Virus record (IMG/VR): IMGVR_UViG_3300031141_000005
Coordinates: 1,965-65,964 of that record
Length of the DNA stretch: 64,000 nt
Source of the DNA: a virus
Taxonomy: Duplodnaviria > Caudoviricetes
Direction: 5' to 3' (one strand)
Below are positions 39,371-48,058 of this stretch, piece after piece; positions within the stretch are counted from its first letter, which is position 1, and every line of letters starts with the position of its first letter. A program made the translations under genes and the position numbers. Under the pieces are notes generated by a model, which was given only the letters and a program-made list of their open reading frames with translations, had not been told where the DNA came from and ran no database searches.

Positions 39371-41544
39371 TGGCTAACACAGATGTAAATATATCGTTAC
39401 AAGCTAAAACCAACGCTACCATAAATCTAACAACTTTAGATGGCGGTATAGTTAGTGGCGCTTCAACCGTAACTCCTTTAATCTCCTTTATAGCTACAGG
39501 TCCTCAAGGACCTTCAGGCCCTCAAGGTATTGATGGGGTTGCTGCTATTTCAGTAGGGTCTATAACATCTGACCATTTAGGTGTAGACTCTGTAGGTTCT
39601 AGCGAAATAATAGACGAATCTGTTAGATATGAAGAATTAGCTGTAGCTTCCGTTAGAGGTAATAGAATTATGCCTGGAGCTATAACAACAGTTAGGTTAG
39701 CTAATGAGTCTGTGACTCAGGTTAAGTTGGCTGACAACTCTGTAGGCGCTGCTCAAATAATAAACGGTACTATAACTCAAGAGCTATTACAAGACCTTGC
39801 TGTTCATGGAGATAAGTTAGATGACTTGTCCGTTACTGCTGGTAAATTACAGGATTTATCTATCATTACCACTAAGATTAGGGATAGAAATGTTACTGGA
39901 GCTAAGATTGTATCTAATCCAGATCTTGATGGTGAGGTTAAAGCTAATAACTTAAAACTTAAAGGCTCTTCTCCTGCTACTATTACAGGTCCAGATGCTT
40001 TCTCTTTACAATTAAAAACAAATACTACCTTAGATGTTCTAGATACTTCAGGAGTAACTAAAGCTTCTATAGATCAAAGCGGTAACTTAACTATTGAAGG
40101 TACTGTAGACGGAAGGGATGTTGCAGTTGATGGAGCGAAGCTTGATACTATATCAGCTAACGATGCTATAGATTGGACTACAGACCAGGTAGCTACAAAC
40201 ATACATTCAGGTAATTACACAGATACAGATACAGTATACGCACACCCTACCAACCACGCTATCTCAGTTACGACTGGACTACAAGCTGCGCTCGATTCTA
40301 AAGTAGATGACAGCCAAGTACTTACGGATGTACCTTCAGGTGCATTATTTACAGACACAGACACTGTATATACCCACCCTACAAATCATGCAATTTCTGT
40401 TACAACAGGACTTCAGGCAGCGTTGGATGGGAAAGTAGACGATAGTCAAATACTTACGGACGTTCCTAGTGGAGCCCTCTTTACAGACACCGATACAGTG
40501 TATACACACCCCGCTAATCATGCTATCTCAGTAATCACTGGGTTGCAATCTGCATTAGATGGTAAGGTTGATGACAGTCAGGTTCTTACAGACGTGCCTA
40601 GTGGTGCTTTATTCACCGATACAGACACTATATACTCTCACCCATCCAATCATGCTATTTCTGTAACTACAGGGCTACAATCAGCTCTAGACGGAAAGGT
40701 AGATGACGGGCAAGTATTAACAGATGTACCTTCGGGAGCTCTGTTTACTGATACGAATACTGTATATGACGATACGACTATACAAGCAGAGGTTGATTTA
40801 AACACAGCCAAAACTTCTAACATAGTACAGACCACTATAACAGGTAACGCTGGAACGGCTACAGCATTAACTAGTGGTAGTAAGACTATAGCTGGAACTC
40901 TAGACCTTTCAGGAGCTACTGATAAGTTTGTAATTAACAATACTGAAGTAGCTCAAGTAGCTTCTGGGGTTGTAACTATAGGTCAAACGAATAGGGTTTT
41001 AAAGCTAGACTCCTCAGAAACGCAAATACTTTCATCTACAGGGATACAATTAGGCCACGCAACTGACACTACTATTGCTAGGGTTTCAGCAGGGGTTGTA
41101 TCAATAGAAGGTGTTAACATACAGAAAGAAAATGCTCACCATCACTTTATACATGCAGGTTTCTTTATGAGTTATCCATACTCAAGATACATACCCTTAA
41201 ATGGTAGTTTGAATGAGCAGAATACCGCAACATCATCTCCAGAGTATGTAAACTTCACATTTCCGTATGACGGGTTTGTAAAGAAAATGATTCTTAGGAC
41301 TGAGACAGATATGGGAAGTACTAACTTAAAGCTATACAAAGGAGCTAGTGGCTCTACTGTTACTACTGCATTAGGAAATCTTAGTGCTACCGTAGATGCT
41401 AACGATGCAATTACTTTTGATTTTACTTCAGTAAGTAATGCTTATAGTAAAGGCGACACCATGGCTATAAAGATAGATCCTACAGATGATCCTGACGGAG
41501 GGCAAAATATTACTATTGAATTGGTGTTTGATTTAACGACATAA
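39370..41544 (+). CDS. Tail fibre protein
   Basis: Short collagen GPQG stretch, V/IT..KL.D repeats, 4x44-aa repeats and a C-terminal receptor-binding-like domain. Confidence 0.8.
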   Translation: MANTDVNISLQAKTNATINLTTLDGGIVSGASTVTPLISFIATGPQGPSGPQGIDGVAAISVGSITSDHLGVDSVGSSEIIDESVRYEELAVASVRGNRIMPGAITTVRLANESVTQVKLADNSVGAAQIINGTITQELLQDLAVHGDKLDDLSVTAGKLQDLSIITTKIRDRNVTGAKIVSNPDLDGEVKANNLKLKGSSPATITGPDAFSLQLKTNTTLDVLDTSGVTKASIDQSGNLTIEGTVDGRDVAVDGAKLDTISANDAIDWTTDQVATNIHSGNYTDTDTVYAHPTNHAISVTTGLQAALDSKVDDSQVLTDVPSGALFTDTDTVYTHPTNHAISVTTGLQAALDGKVDDSQILTDVPSGALFTDTDTVYTHPANHAISVITGLQSALDGKVDDSQVLTDVPSGALFTDTDTIYSHPSNHAISVTTGLQSALDGKVDDGQVLTDVPSGALFTDTNTVYDDTTIQAEVDLNTAKTSNIVQTTITGNAGTATALTSGSKTIAGTLDLSGATDKFVINNTEVAQVASGVVTIGQTNRVLKLDSSETQILSSTGIQLGHATDTTIARVSAGVVSIEGVNIQKENAHHHFIHAGFFMSYPYSRYIPLNGSLNEQNTATSSPEYVNFTFPYDGFVKKMILRTETDMGSTNLKLYKGASGSTVTTALGNLSATVDANDAITFDFTSVSNAYSKGDTMAIKIDPTDDPDGGQNITIELVFDLTT
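40219..40746 (+). repeat. Four tandem 132-bp (44-aa) repeats in tail fibre
   Basis: TDTDTVYxHPxNHAISVxTGLQxALDxKVDDxQVLTDVPSGALF starting at 40219, 40351, 40483 and 40615. Confidence 0.95.
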
Positions 41545-41547
41545 GAT

Positions 41548-41973
41548 ATGAGCTTAGATACTAGAAAATTTGTAGCAATACACGACAAGACTGGAGACGC
41601 TAAAGAGAAACTTAAGGTTGAGTTTGATACAGGACACATGAGCAGGATTGCTAATGACCCTGATAAAGAACCTATGGTTGCTAGTATAATATATCAAATA
41701 GGTTTACTACAAGAAGATATAGACGAACTCCGCAGATACTTAACAGCAGAAGTTGGTGATGGAGCTAAAGGTGATGCAGGAAATGCAGGAGCTGCGGGAA
41801 GTACTGGAGCAAGAGGTGCAACAGGAGCGACAGGAAGTAAAGGATCTACAGGAAGTAGAGGAGCAGACGGTACAACACCAGACATAACAAGTCTTGATGG
41901 AGCTAGACTACCAACAAGGAAACCCTCAAGAGGTAAGCTTTGGAACGATAGAGGAATAGTTAAAATAGCATAA
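41548..41973 (+). CDS. Short collagen-like fibre protein
   Basis: Coiled coil followed by about 13 Gly-X-Y triplets and a G.LWND.G.VKI terminus. Confidence 0.7.
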   Translation: MSLDTRKFVAIHDKTGDAKEKLKVEFDTGHMSRIANDPDKEPMVASIIYQIGLLQEDIDELRRYLTAEVGDGAKGDAGNAGAAGSTGARGATGATGSKGSTGSRGADGTTPDITSLDGARLPTRKPSRGKLWNDRGIVKIA

Positions 41974-41974
41974 T

Positions 41975-42349
41975 ATGGCAACGATAAACACAGATATAGC
42001 ACAAAAGATAGACATAACAGCTAGAGAGAATAATAGCTCTACTATTAACCTTACTATAGCAGACGCTGCTGGAACTGCGTTTAGCTTAGTGGGTTACAAT
42101 ATAACTTTCTATGTATACGATAATGATAGTGAAGTATTATTCGTTAAATCTAGCATGTCTGCTCTTGGTGGTATTGTGAATACCCTTGATGGTAACTACG
42201 TTTTAGATTCTTCGGGTAAGATAACAATGGCTATAAGCGATGAAGATAATAGTATATCTCCTGGTTCTTATAAATATAAATTAAGTATATACAAAGAGGG
42301 AGAGACTCGAACTTGGATGTACGGTAAATACAAGTTGAATGAAGATTAA
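41975..42349 (+). CDS. Tail-fibre adaptor (BppU-N-like), paralog 3
   Basis: IDITARENNS...GSYKYKL...TWMYGKY. Confidence 0.6.
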   Translation: MATINTDIAQKIDITARENNSSTINLTIADAAGTAFSLVGYNITFYVYDNDSEVLFVKSSMSALGGIVNTLDGNYVLDSSGKITMAISDEDNSISPGSYKYKLSIYKEGETRTWMYGKYKLNED

Positions 42350-42482
42350 AGAAGAAGACAAGGCAAAGAACGAAGAGGTTGCTAGAAAGCAATGGGATAG
42401 TTGGTTAACTAACTTAGAGGAAGGGGATCAACCAGAGGCTTGTTCTATAGACGACCCTGACTGTGAAGCTTGTGGCTCGTAA
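42339..42482 (+). CDS. 47-aa peptide ending ACSIDDPDCEACGS (RNR alpha C-tail-like)
   Basis: Hand-translated: MKIKEEDKAKNEEVARKQWDSWLTNLEEGDQPEACSIDDPDCEACGS. Confidence 0.7.
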   Translation: MKIKEEDKAKNEEVARKQWDSWLTNLEEGDQPEACSIDDPDCEACGS

Positions 42483-42490
42483 AAAAGAAT

Positions 42491-42498
42491 TATATTTG
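42491..42498 (+). promoter_or_regulatory. TATATTTG -7 element 3 nt before ATG (near-leaderless)
   Basis: TAnnTTTG match at the start of the envelope/lysis module. Confidence 0.45.
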
Positions 42499-42501
42499 AC
42501 T

Positions 42502-42714
42502 ATGGAAATATTTAAAAACGACAACAACTGGAATGAGAAGTCTATTGTAGGATTTATAGCTTTTGCTGTTATGTGTCTTATAATGGTAGCTGACCTTGTT
42601 ACGGGTTGGCTTGGTGCTGAACTAATAGTAAACGAGTTTGTTTATCAAGCCTTCGTTTGGGTTGTCTTAGGTTGCTTCGGTATATCGGGTGTAGAGAAAT
42701 TCGCAAAGAAATGA
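42502..42714 (+). CDS. Small 2-TM membrane protein (holin-like)
   Basis: ATG at 42502; two hydrophobic helices and a basic C-terminus (EKFAKK). Confidence 0.6.
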   Translation: MEIFKNDNNWNEKSIVGFIAFAVMCLIMVADLVTGWLGAELIVNEFVYQAFVWVVLGCFGISGVEKFAKK

Positions 42715-43727
42715 GAAAACTAATATATATACTACTACTATGTCCAGTAATTGCAAGTGCACAAATTCTAAGGTTCGCAACTTTCTACGCAAGCTTTTCA
42801 ACTGGTGCTCCTTTCACGGAGAACCAACAATTTCAAGTGAATGGTGTTGCTGGTTCAGGCCAGCTGATAGAAATGACACAAGTAAGTCAACCAAACTACA
42901 ACTTAAGTATTGGATTAAGAAAGGTCGCTAGGTTTGACTATCAAGTAAAGAGAGGTAACTTCTATACTGGAGCAGAGAATGAGATAAGCGACTACGCTAC
43001 AATCTCTAACGCTCCTGGATTAGAGTACCTGTTTGAGTACTCCTCTATACGTAACAGGGGAATGCTATTTCGCCAGCATGAATATAAGATTAGATACATA
43101 TCAGATAGATACACTGCAAAGGTTTCTTATGTAGATAATGGTCTCATTGATCTTAAATACACTCTGGGCGAGGTTAGGTTACGCAAAAGCTTTGGGAATT
43201 TAGACCTTACTTTTGGCGTAGCCCATCGTTCTCATCCCGTGTATGGACATTCTCCAATAACTGAATGGTTCTCTAAACCTGAGAATAAACACTGGTGGCA
43301 GCTAGCTAATGAGTTTGGTGCTTCTAGTAATGACTTGGAAGAGTGGACTGTAGGTGATGAAGTTATCGCTGAGTCTGATAGAGAGTTCTATACATACCAT
43401 TTCGGTGACTTAGTTGATAGGTATAACGAAGAGCAACTCGACCTTTTAGGACTACAACAAGAGGTGTCTGCAGTCTTAGGCGCTGACTACTATCTATACT
43501 CTTCTAATACTTGGGTTCATTCGTGGGCTTCTGTATATCCTATACACAAAGGGTTGAGCGATTATTCTTACTCATATCCTAATAAAAATATAGAGTGGGA
43601 TATTGGTTTTATTGCGGGCGCTAAAGTTAACAGACATTTTAGTATATTTGTAGAAGGCCGTCATTTAAGATACTGGGACATACTGTCTTATAAGATGCAG
43701 GTCGGAATAAACTACATTATATTTTAA
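42711..43727 (+). CDS. Predicted outer-membrane beta-barrel protein
   Basis: Sec signal MRKLIYILLLCPVIASA-Q, amphipathic beta-strands and C-terminal beta-signal QVGINYIIF. Confidence 0.65.
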   Translation: MRKLIYILLLCPVIASAQILRFATFYASFSTGAPFTENQQFQVNGVAGSGQLIEMTQVSQPNYNLSIGLRKVARFDYQVKRGNFYTGAENEISDYATISNAPGLEYLFEYSSIRNRGMLFRQHEYKIRYISDRYTAKVSYVDNGLIDLKYTLGEVRLRKSFGNLDLTFGVAHRSHPVYGHSPITEWFSKPENKHWWQLANEFGASSNDLEEWTVGDEVIAESDREFYTYHFGDLVDRYNEEQLDLLGLQQEVSAVLGADYYLYSSNTWVHSWASVYPIHKGLSDYSYSYPNKNIEWDIGFIAGAKVNRHFSIFVEGRHLRYWDILSYKMQVGINYIIF

Positions 43728-43731
43728 CGTT

Positions 43732-44013
43732 ATGGCAAAAGAATTGAATGAAGATACTTCTGTACAGATAAGCGTAAAAGCTTTAGGAGGTTTGGCTTTT
43801 GGAATATTCTCACTAGTAGGTATGTGGTTTGTTCTTCAGGGAGATATAGCAGAAGCAAAGCTATTACCTATACCACCAGACCCAGAGGTTACCAGAATGG
43901 AGTTCGACATGAAAGATAAGCTTATACGTCAAACGATCATGACTACCCAAGAAGATGTCACCGAGATTAAGGATGACCTCAAAGCTATTAAAGCAAAGCT
44001 TTATGAAGACTAG
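43732..44013 (+). CDS. Single-TM coiled-coil membrane protein
   Basis: One TM helix, a Pro-rich linker and a C-terminal coiled coil. Confidence 0.55.
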   Translation: MAKELNEDTSVQISVKALGGLAFGIFSLVGMWFVLQGDIAEAKLLPIPPDPEVTRMEFDMKDKLIRQTIMTTQEDVTEIKDDLKAIKAKLYED

Positions 44014-44377
44014 ACTCCTATATATATTACTATTATCCCCCCTCTCATTATTCGCTCAAGAGTTCGTTAACTCTAATACGTTCGACGCTAAAGTATCTAA
44101 AGGTATTGTGGTAGTTGAATTCTGGGCTGAATGGAACAAATCAAACGAAGTACCCTTCTTAGGAGAATTAAAGGACTGTGTTAGTTATAAACTAAGCATT
44201 GTTGGTAACTCTTCTATACAAAAGCAATTTAACGTTACTTCTGTGCCTACCTTGATCATATTAAATAATGGCATTGAAGAAAAGCGATTTAACTCTAACA
44301 TAATGATGCAGTTAAACGCTACGAAGAAGGATGTACAATCTACCGTGGACGAAATAACATTTAATAAATTTCAGTAA
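44003..44377 (+). CDS. Exported thioredoxin-fold protein lacking CxxC
   Basis: Signal MKTRLLYILLLSPLSLFA-Q; VVVEFWAEWN replaces the usual WCxxC; cis-Pro motif VTSVPTLII. Confidence 0.7.
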   Translation: MKTRLLYILLLSPLSLFAQEFVNSNTFDAKVSKGIVVVEFWAEWNKSNEVPFLGELKDCVSYKLSIVGNSSIQKQFNVTSVPTLIILNNGIEEKRFNSNIMMQLNATKKDVQSTVDEITFNKFQ

Positions 44378-44925
44378 TGAATAAAGAAAGACTCGAAAAG
44401 TTATGCTGGTCAGTGCTTTGTATAGCCCTATTATTTTTCATCATAATAGGCATTAGTACTGCAGCTAAAGCTCAACAACAACAAGTATTTGTGGAGTGTA
44501 CAACAGGAGACTATCCTGATGAGATCACCTGGCAGATACTTACATGTAACGGAGGAGTCTTATTAGAAGGTGCAGCCCCGTATTTAGGTGCTGTAGTTTT
44601 ACCAGAGTACTACCAGATAAACATGATGGACTCTTATGGAGACGGATGGAACGGTGCATACTTGTATGTAGGACAAACAGAGTATGATTTCTTATCTGAT
44701 GTAGATTGGATAGATTCTCTTGGTACTTGGCCTCAAGACTTTAAAGAACAACTAGTAGACGTAGGTTGTCTTACTATAGGAATAGAAGAGGTAGGTAATA
44801 CAAAATTCATTCCAACACACTACTACGATATTTTAGGTAGAGAAGTAAAGCCTACAAGAGGTTTCTATATAGCAAGCGATGGCATACTAACTAGAAAGGT
44901 TTACATAGATGAGATTAAGCGATAA
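44377..44925 (+). CDS. Secreted protein with T9SS-type C-terminal sorting-domain-like tail
   Basis: N-terminal signal/TM, Y..EI.W and DSYGDGWNG motifs, C-terminal GIEE...YYDILGREV...KVYI. Confidence 0.6.
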   Translation: MNKERLEKLCWSVLCIALLFFIIIGISTAAKAQQQQVFVECTTGDYPDEITWQILTCNGGVLLEGAAPYLGAVVLPEYYQINMMDSYGDGWNGAYLYVGQTEYDFLSDVDWIDSLGTWPQDFKEQLVDVGCLTIGIEEVGNTKFIPTHYYDILGREVKPTRGFYIASDGILTRKVYIDEIKR

Positions 44926-45367
44926 TTTTGTACTGTCTGAGATTACTCGAAGCAATGCAGCTAAACGATTAGGTATAGATAATGGACCTAGTAAAGAACA
45001 CCTACGAAGTATTCAAAGGATTGTTACTAAACTCTTACAACCTATGCGTGAAGCTCTTGGTCCTATCAGGATCAGCAGTGGTTATAGGAACCCATCAGTC
45101 AACAGGGCTATCGGTGGAAGTTCTAAAAGTCAGCACTGTAAAGGCGAGGCTTTGGATATTCAATTCTGGAAAGATGGTCAAATATCTAACAAAGAAATAT
45201 ACGACTGGGTATTAGCTAGTGGTATAGAGTTCGACCAAATGATTAATGAGTTTGACTTCGCTTGGATTCATATATCATTAAAGAAAGAAGACAACAGAAA
45301 ACAAGTGTTGGAAGCCTACAAGGACGAAGACAACGATACTAAATATAAATACGCCGACCTATCATGA
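44909..45367 (+). CDS. Endolysin, peptidase M15A family
   Basis: LS.NF.L.E, ISSGYR, SQH.KGEA.D and WIHIS zinc-peptidase motifs. Confidence 0.9.
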   Translation: MRLSDNFVLSEITRSNAAKRLGIDNGPSKEHLRSIQRIVTKLLQPMREALGPIRISSGYRNPSVNRAIGGSSKSQHCKGEALDIQFWKDGQISNKEIYDWVLASGIEFDQMINEFDFAWIHISLKKEDNRKQVLEAYKDEDNDTKYKYADLS

Positions 45368-45747
45368 GCAAACTGTTAGACATATTAGGAGGTAATATTT
45401 TAAGTAGTGTAGGTAACATAGTAGACAACCTTACCACATCTGATGAGGAGAGACTGTCTGCTAAACAAGCTATAGAAGAAGTTCTTATGAAAGCCGAAGC
45501 ACAGGCTCAACAGGAAGTCACAAAGCGATGGGAAGCTGACATGAAGTCTGACAACTGGCTTAGTAAGAATATACGACCACTGATATGCATTTTTCTAACT
45601 GCTATATTTGTGGTTGTTTCTATTTTCGACGGTAACGCTGGTGGCTTTACTATATCACCAGGCTATGTACCTATATATCAAACACTTCTTATAACTGTAT
45701 ATGGCGCTTACTTTGCTGGAAGAACCATAGAAAAGATAAAGAAATAA
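45364..45747 (+). CDS. Holin (3TM/GTA-holin-like family)
   Basis: TSDEERL..K, RW.ADM.SD.WLSKNIRP, two TM helices and YFAGRT.EK. Confidence 0.75.
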   Translation: MSKLLDILGGNILSSVGNIVDNLTTSDEERLSAKQAIEEVLMKAEAQAQQEVTKRWEADMKSDNWLSKNIRPLICIFLTAIFVVVSIFDGNAGGFTISPGYVPIYQTLLITVYGAYFAGRTIEKIKK

Positions 45748-46130
45748 TGATTGAGTACTTAATAATACATTCTACTGGTACAGAAAAAGATTACGTACCT
45801 GAGAAGAAAGAATATAATTTATCTGTATCTTGTGATATAGTACATTTCAATGGGCAGCTGTCTACTTTTATGAAAGAGTCAGAGCATCCAGCTAGCGAGG
45901 AAACCTACAAGCATATAGCTTACATAGGCGGTACACTAGATGGTAAGCCAGCGGACACTGCTACATGGAAACAATATGACACGTTAGAGATTATAGTTAT
46001 GCATCATTTACTATACAATCAACGATTAAGAATAGGGACTTCGTCTGCATTCTTTGAATTAGAAAGTCCTGGAATCAATCTTAAGAGATGGTTAAAGGAT
46101 ATAGGTGTTAACGATAAAAACTTGATGTAA
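45747..46130 (+). CDS. Divergent amidase_2/T7-lysozyme-like protein
   Basis: IEYLIIHSTGT and HIAYIGG...DT.T..Q...L; the later zinc ligands appear to be missing. Confidence 0.55.
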   Translation: MIEYLIIHSTGTEKDYVPEKKEYNLSVSCDIVHFNGQLSTFMKESEHPASEETYKHIAYIGGTLDGKPADTATWKQYDTLEIIVMHHLLYNQRLRIGTSSAFFELESPGINLKRWLKDIGVNDKNLM

Positions 46131-46273
46131 TGACTATTGATATAGGTTTATATACTGGTCTTCTTTTTGGTATTAGAAGCTTTGAGCCCTCAGAGAGCCA
46201 TCCCTATTGGGAGTTTCATGTTTATGTTCCTCTTTTCTATATAGCTTATATGTCTGTAAACATAAGAGAGTAA
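46130..46273 (+). CDS. Small hypothetical protein (47 aa)
   Basis: Hand-translated MTIDIGLYTGLLFGIRSF...; TAATG coupling to the upstream gene. Confidence 0.55.
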   Translation: MTIDIGLYTGLLFGIRSFEPSESHPYWEFHVYVPLFYIAYMSVNIRE

Positions 46274-46275
46274 TT

Positions 46276-46554
46276 ATGGCTAGAAATACATTAGCTGGAA
46301 AGGGTAGTGGTTCAAGTCGTAGTTCTAAGTACTACGCAGCTAACCCTGAAGCAAAGAAGAAGAAGCAAGCGTATGATACAAGCTATCATGCAACCCCAGG
46401 AAGAAAGAAATACAGAGCAGCCTTAAACAAGGCAAATAAGAAAGCTAAAACTTACGGGAATAAGGATAAGAAAGACATGTCTCATAAACGGGGCGGTGGA
46501 TTAATCAGTGAAGCCCAGTCTAAGAATAGAGCTAGGAACAGAAGCAAAAAGTAA
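46276..46554 (+). CDS. Small basic protein (HNH-remnant-like tail)
   Basis: ATG at 46276 is a better start than the track's TTG; K/R-rich, ends DMSHK...SKNRARN. Confidence 0.6.
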   Translation: MARNTLAGKGSGSSRSSKYYAANPEAKKKKQAYDTSYHATPGRKKYRAALNKANKKAKTYGNKDKKDMSHKRGGGLISEAQSKNRARNRSKK

Positions 46555-47855
46555 TGGACAATATACTAAAGAGGATTGAGAATTATCTCATTGAAAATCC
46601 TGAGAAGATGCGGTCAGGATATAGTGCTACCGCTAAGAAGTTTGACTCTGACTATGAAAGAGTTAGAGGTGTCGCTAGAAGATTACGTAAGAGATTACAA
46701 ATACCAACCAACGAAGAAACAAAGAAGGAAAAGATAGAGACTCACGAGAACAAGGAATCTCTTTCCATTAATGTTACTGACTCTACCAGAGTAAGATCAC
46801 TTGATGACCTATTAACGGCATGTAAAGTTGATTTAGATAAGTGGGATGTCGATTCATACGACGTAGGTACTTACGAAGTGACAGGGTTTGATGCTAAGCG
46901 AAAACCAGTTACGGTTACTATGTACCGAACTAAAGCTAAGTTTAAACTAAAACCATTCACACTCAATGTTAAACAGATTAGGGAAGACCTTAAGCAAGAT
47001 ATTTCTTCTTTTATTGATAATCTTCCTAGCCTTGAGCTTCCGATACATAATATTTCCAGTAACGAAGGTTTCTTACTTGAGATTGCGGCATACGACTTAC
47101 ACCTCAATAAATTGGGTGTTGAGGGAGATGAGTACTCTCTTGAAATTGCCAAAGGTCGTTTGCTTGCTGCTATTGATAATCTATTGTCTAGGTCTTCTGG
47201 ATTTCGTATTGACAAAATACTATTTACAGTCGGTAATGACTTCTTCAATAGTGATGGAGATAGGCCATTCATGTCCACTACAAGAGGAACACCTCAACTA
47301 GGACACACAGACTCATATACTGCGTATAGATACGGTAGACTGCTTATAATGGAGGCTATCAACATACTATCTCAGTTCGCTCCTGTTCATGTTAATATTA
47401 TACCAGGTAATCACGACGAAACTTCTATGCTACACTTAGGTGATGCCCTTGAAGTTTACTACGATAAATACGATAGCGTTACTGTGGATAATTCTAGACC
47501 ACTAATGAAAGGATTCGTATATGGTAACTCACTGATCGTATGTGATCATGGTGATAAGACTAAAGCTAAAGACTTAGGTACTATAATCCCTGTAAGATTC
47601 AGAGATATATGGAGCTCAGTTAAGTACGTAGAGGTTCATAGAGGACATTTCCATGGTGTTAAGACTATATCTGTAGGACAAACTGAAGAAGTCAACGGAA
47701 TGATCGTTAGACACCTATCTTCTATGTCTGCTACAGACCAATGGCATGATGAAAAGAATTACATAGGTAACATTAAAAGAGCTCACGCTTTCGTTTGGTC
47801 TAAGACTAATGGAATGCAATGTGAATACTACTACAATGTACCTATAAGCGAATGA
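46554..47855 (+). CDS. Calcineurin-like metallophosphoesterase with N-terminal extension
   Basis: DLH, GND, GNHD, HGD and GHFH motifs. Confidence 0.85.
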   Translation: MDNILKRIENYLIENPEKMRSGYSATAKKFDSDYERVRGVARRLRKRLQIPTNEETKKEKIETHENKESLSINVTDSTRVRSLDDLLTACKVDLDKWDVDSYDVGTYEVTGFDAKRKPVTVTMYRTKAKFKLKPFTLNVKQIREDLKQDISSFIDNLPSLELPIHNISSNEGFLLEIAAYDLHLNKLGVEGDEYSLEIAKGRLLAAIDNLLSRSSGFRIDKILFTVGNDFFNSDGDRPFMSTTRGTPQLGHTDSYTAYRYGRLLIMEAINILSQFAPVHVNIIPGNHDETSMLHLGDALEVYYDKYDSVTVDNSRPLMKGFVYGNSLIVCDHGDKTKAKDLGTIIPVRFRDIWSSVKYVEVHRGHFHGVKTISVGQTEEVNGMIVRHLSSMSATDQWHDEKNYIGNIKRAHAFVWSKTNGMQCEYYYNVPISE

Positions 47856-47887
47856 TAGTGAACACTACGGTGCATACTATATAGGAT

Positions 47888-47915
47888 AAAAAAGGGGGCG
47901 CATGCCCCTTTCTTT
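47888..47915. terminator. Bidirectional terminator at convergence of late (+) and early (-) blocks
   Basis: AAAAAAGGGGGC-GCAT-GCCCCTTTCTTT. Confidence 0.8.
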
Positions 47916-48057
47916 AATTTTCATCTAATCGTTCTATCCTTCTTTTCAGAACCCTATCACTTAATTTTATTTTAAGTTTAGTTTTTATAAACCGTTGTAG
48001 GGCTTTCAAGTCTCTAGACCTGTACTTTAGTAGTAGTTGTTTTAAAGCGTCTTTCAT
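47914..48057 (-). CDS. Small basic hypothetical protein (47 aa)
   Basis: Hand-translated MKDALKQLLLKYRSRDLKALQRFIKTKLKIKLSDRVLKRRIERLDEN. Confidence 0.55.
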   Translation of the reverse strand: MKDALKQLLLKYRSRDLKALQRFIKTKLKIKLSDRVLKRRIERLDEN

Positions 48058-48058
48058 T

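Noticed and set aside
39370-41544. Diversity-generating retroelement targeting the tail fibre
   Set aside because: No reverse transcriptase in the window; repeat differences are synonymous rather than adenine-specific.
43732-44013. i-spanin call
   Set aside because: The topology fits, but no partner lipoprotein (lipobox) o-spanin is visible; left as a membrane protein.
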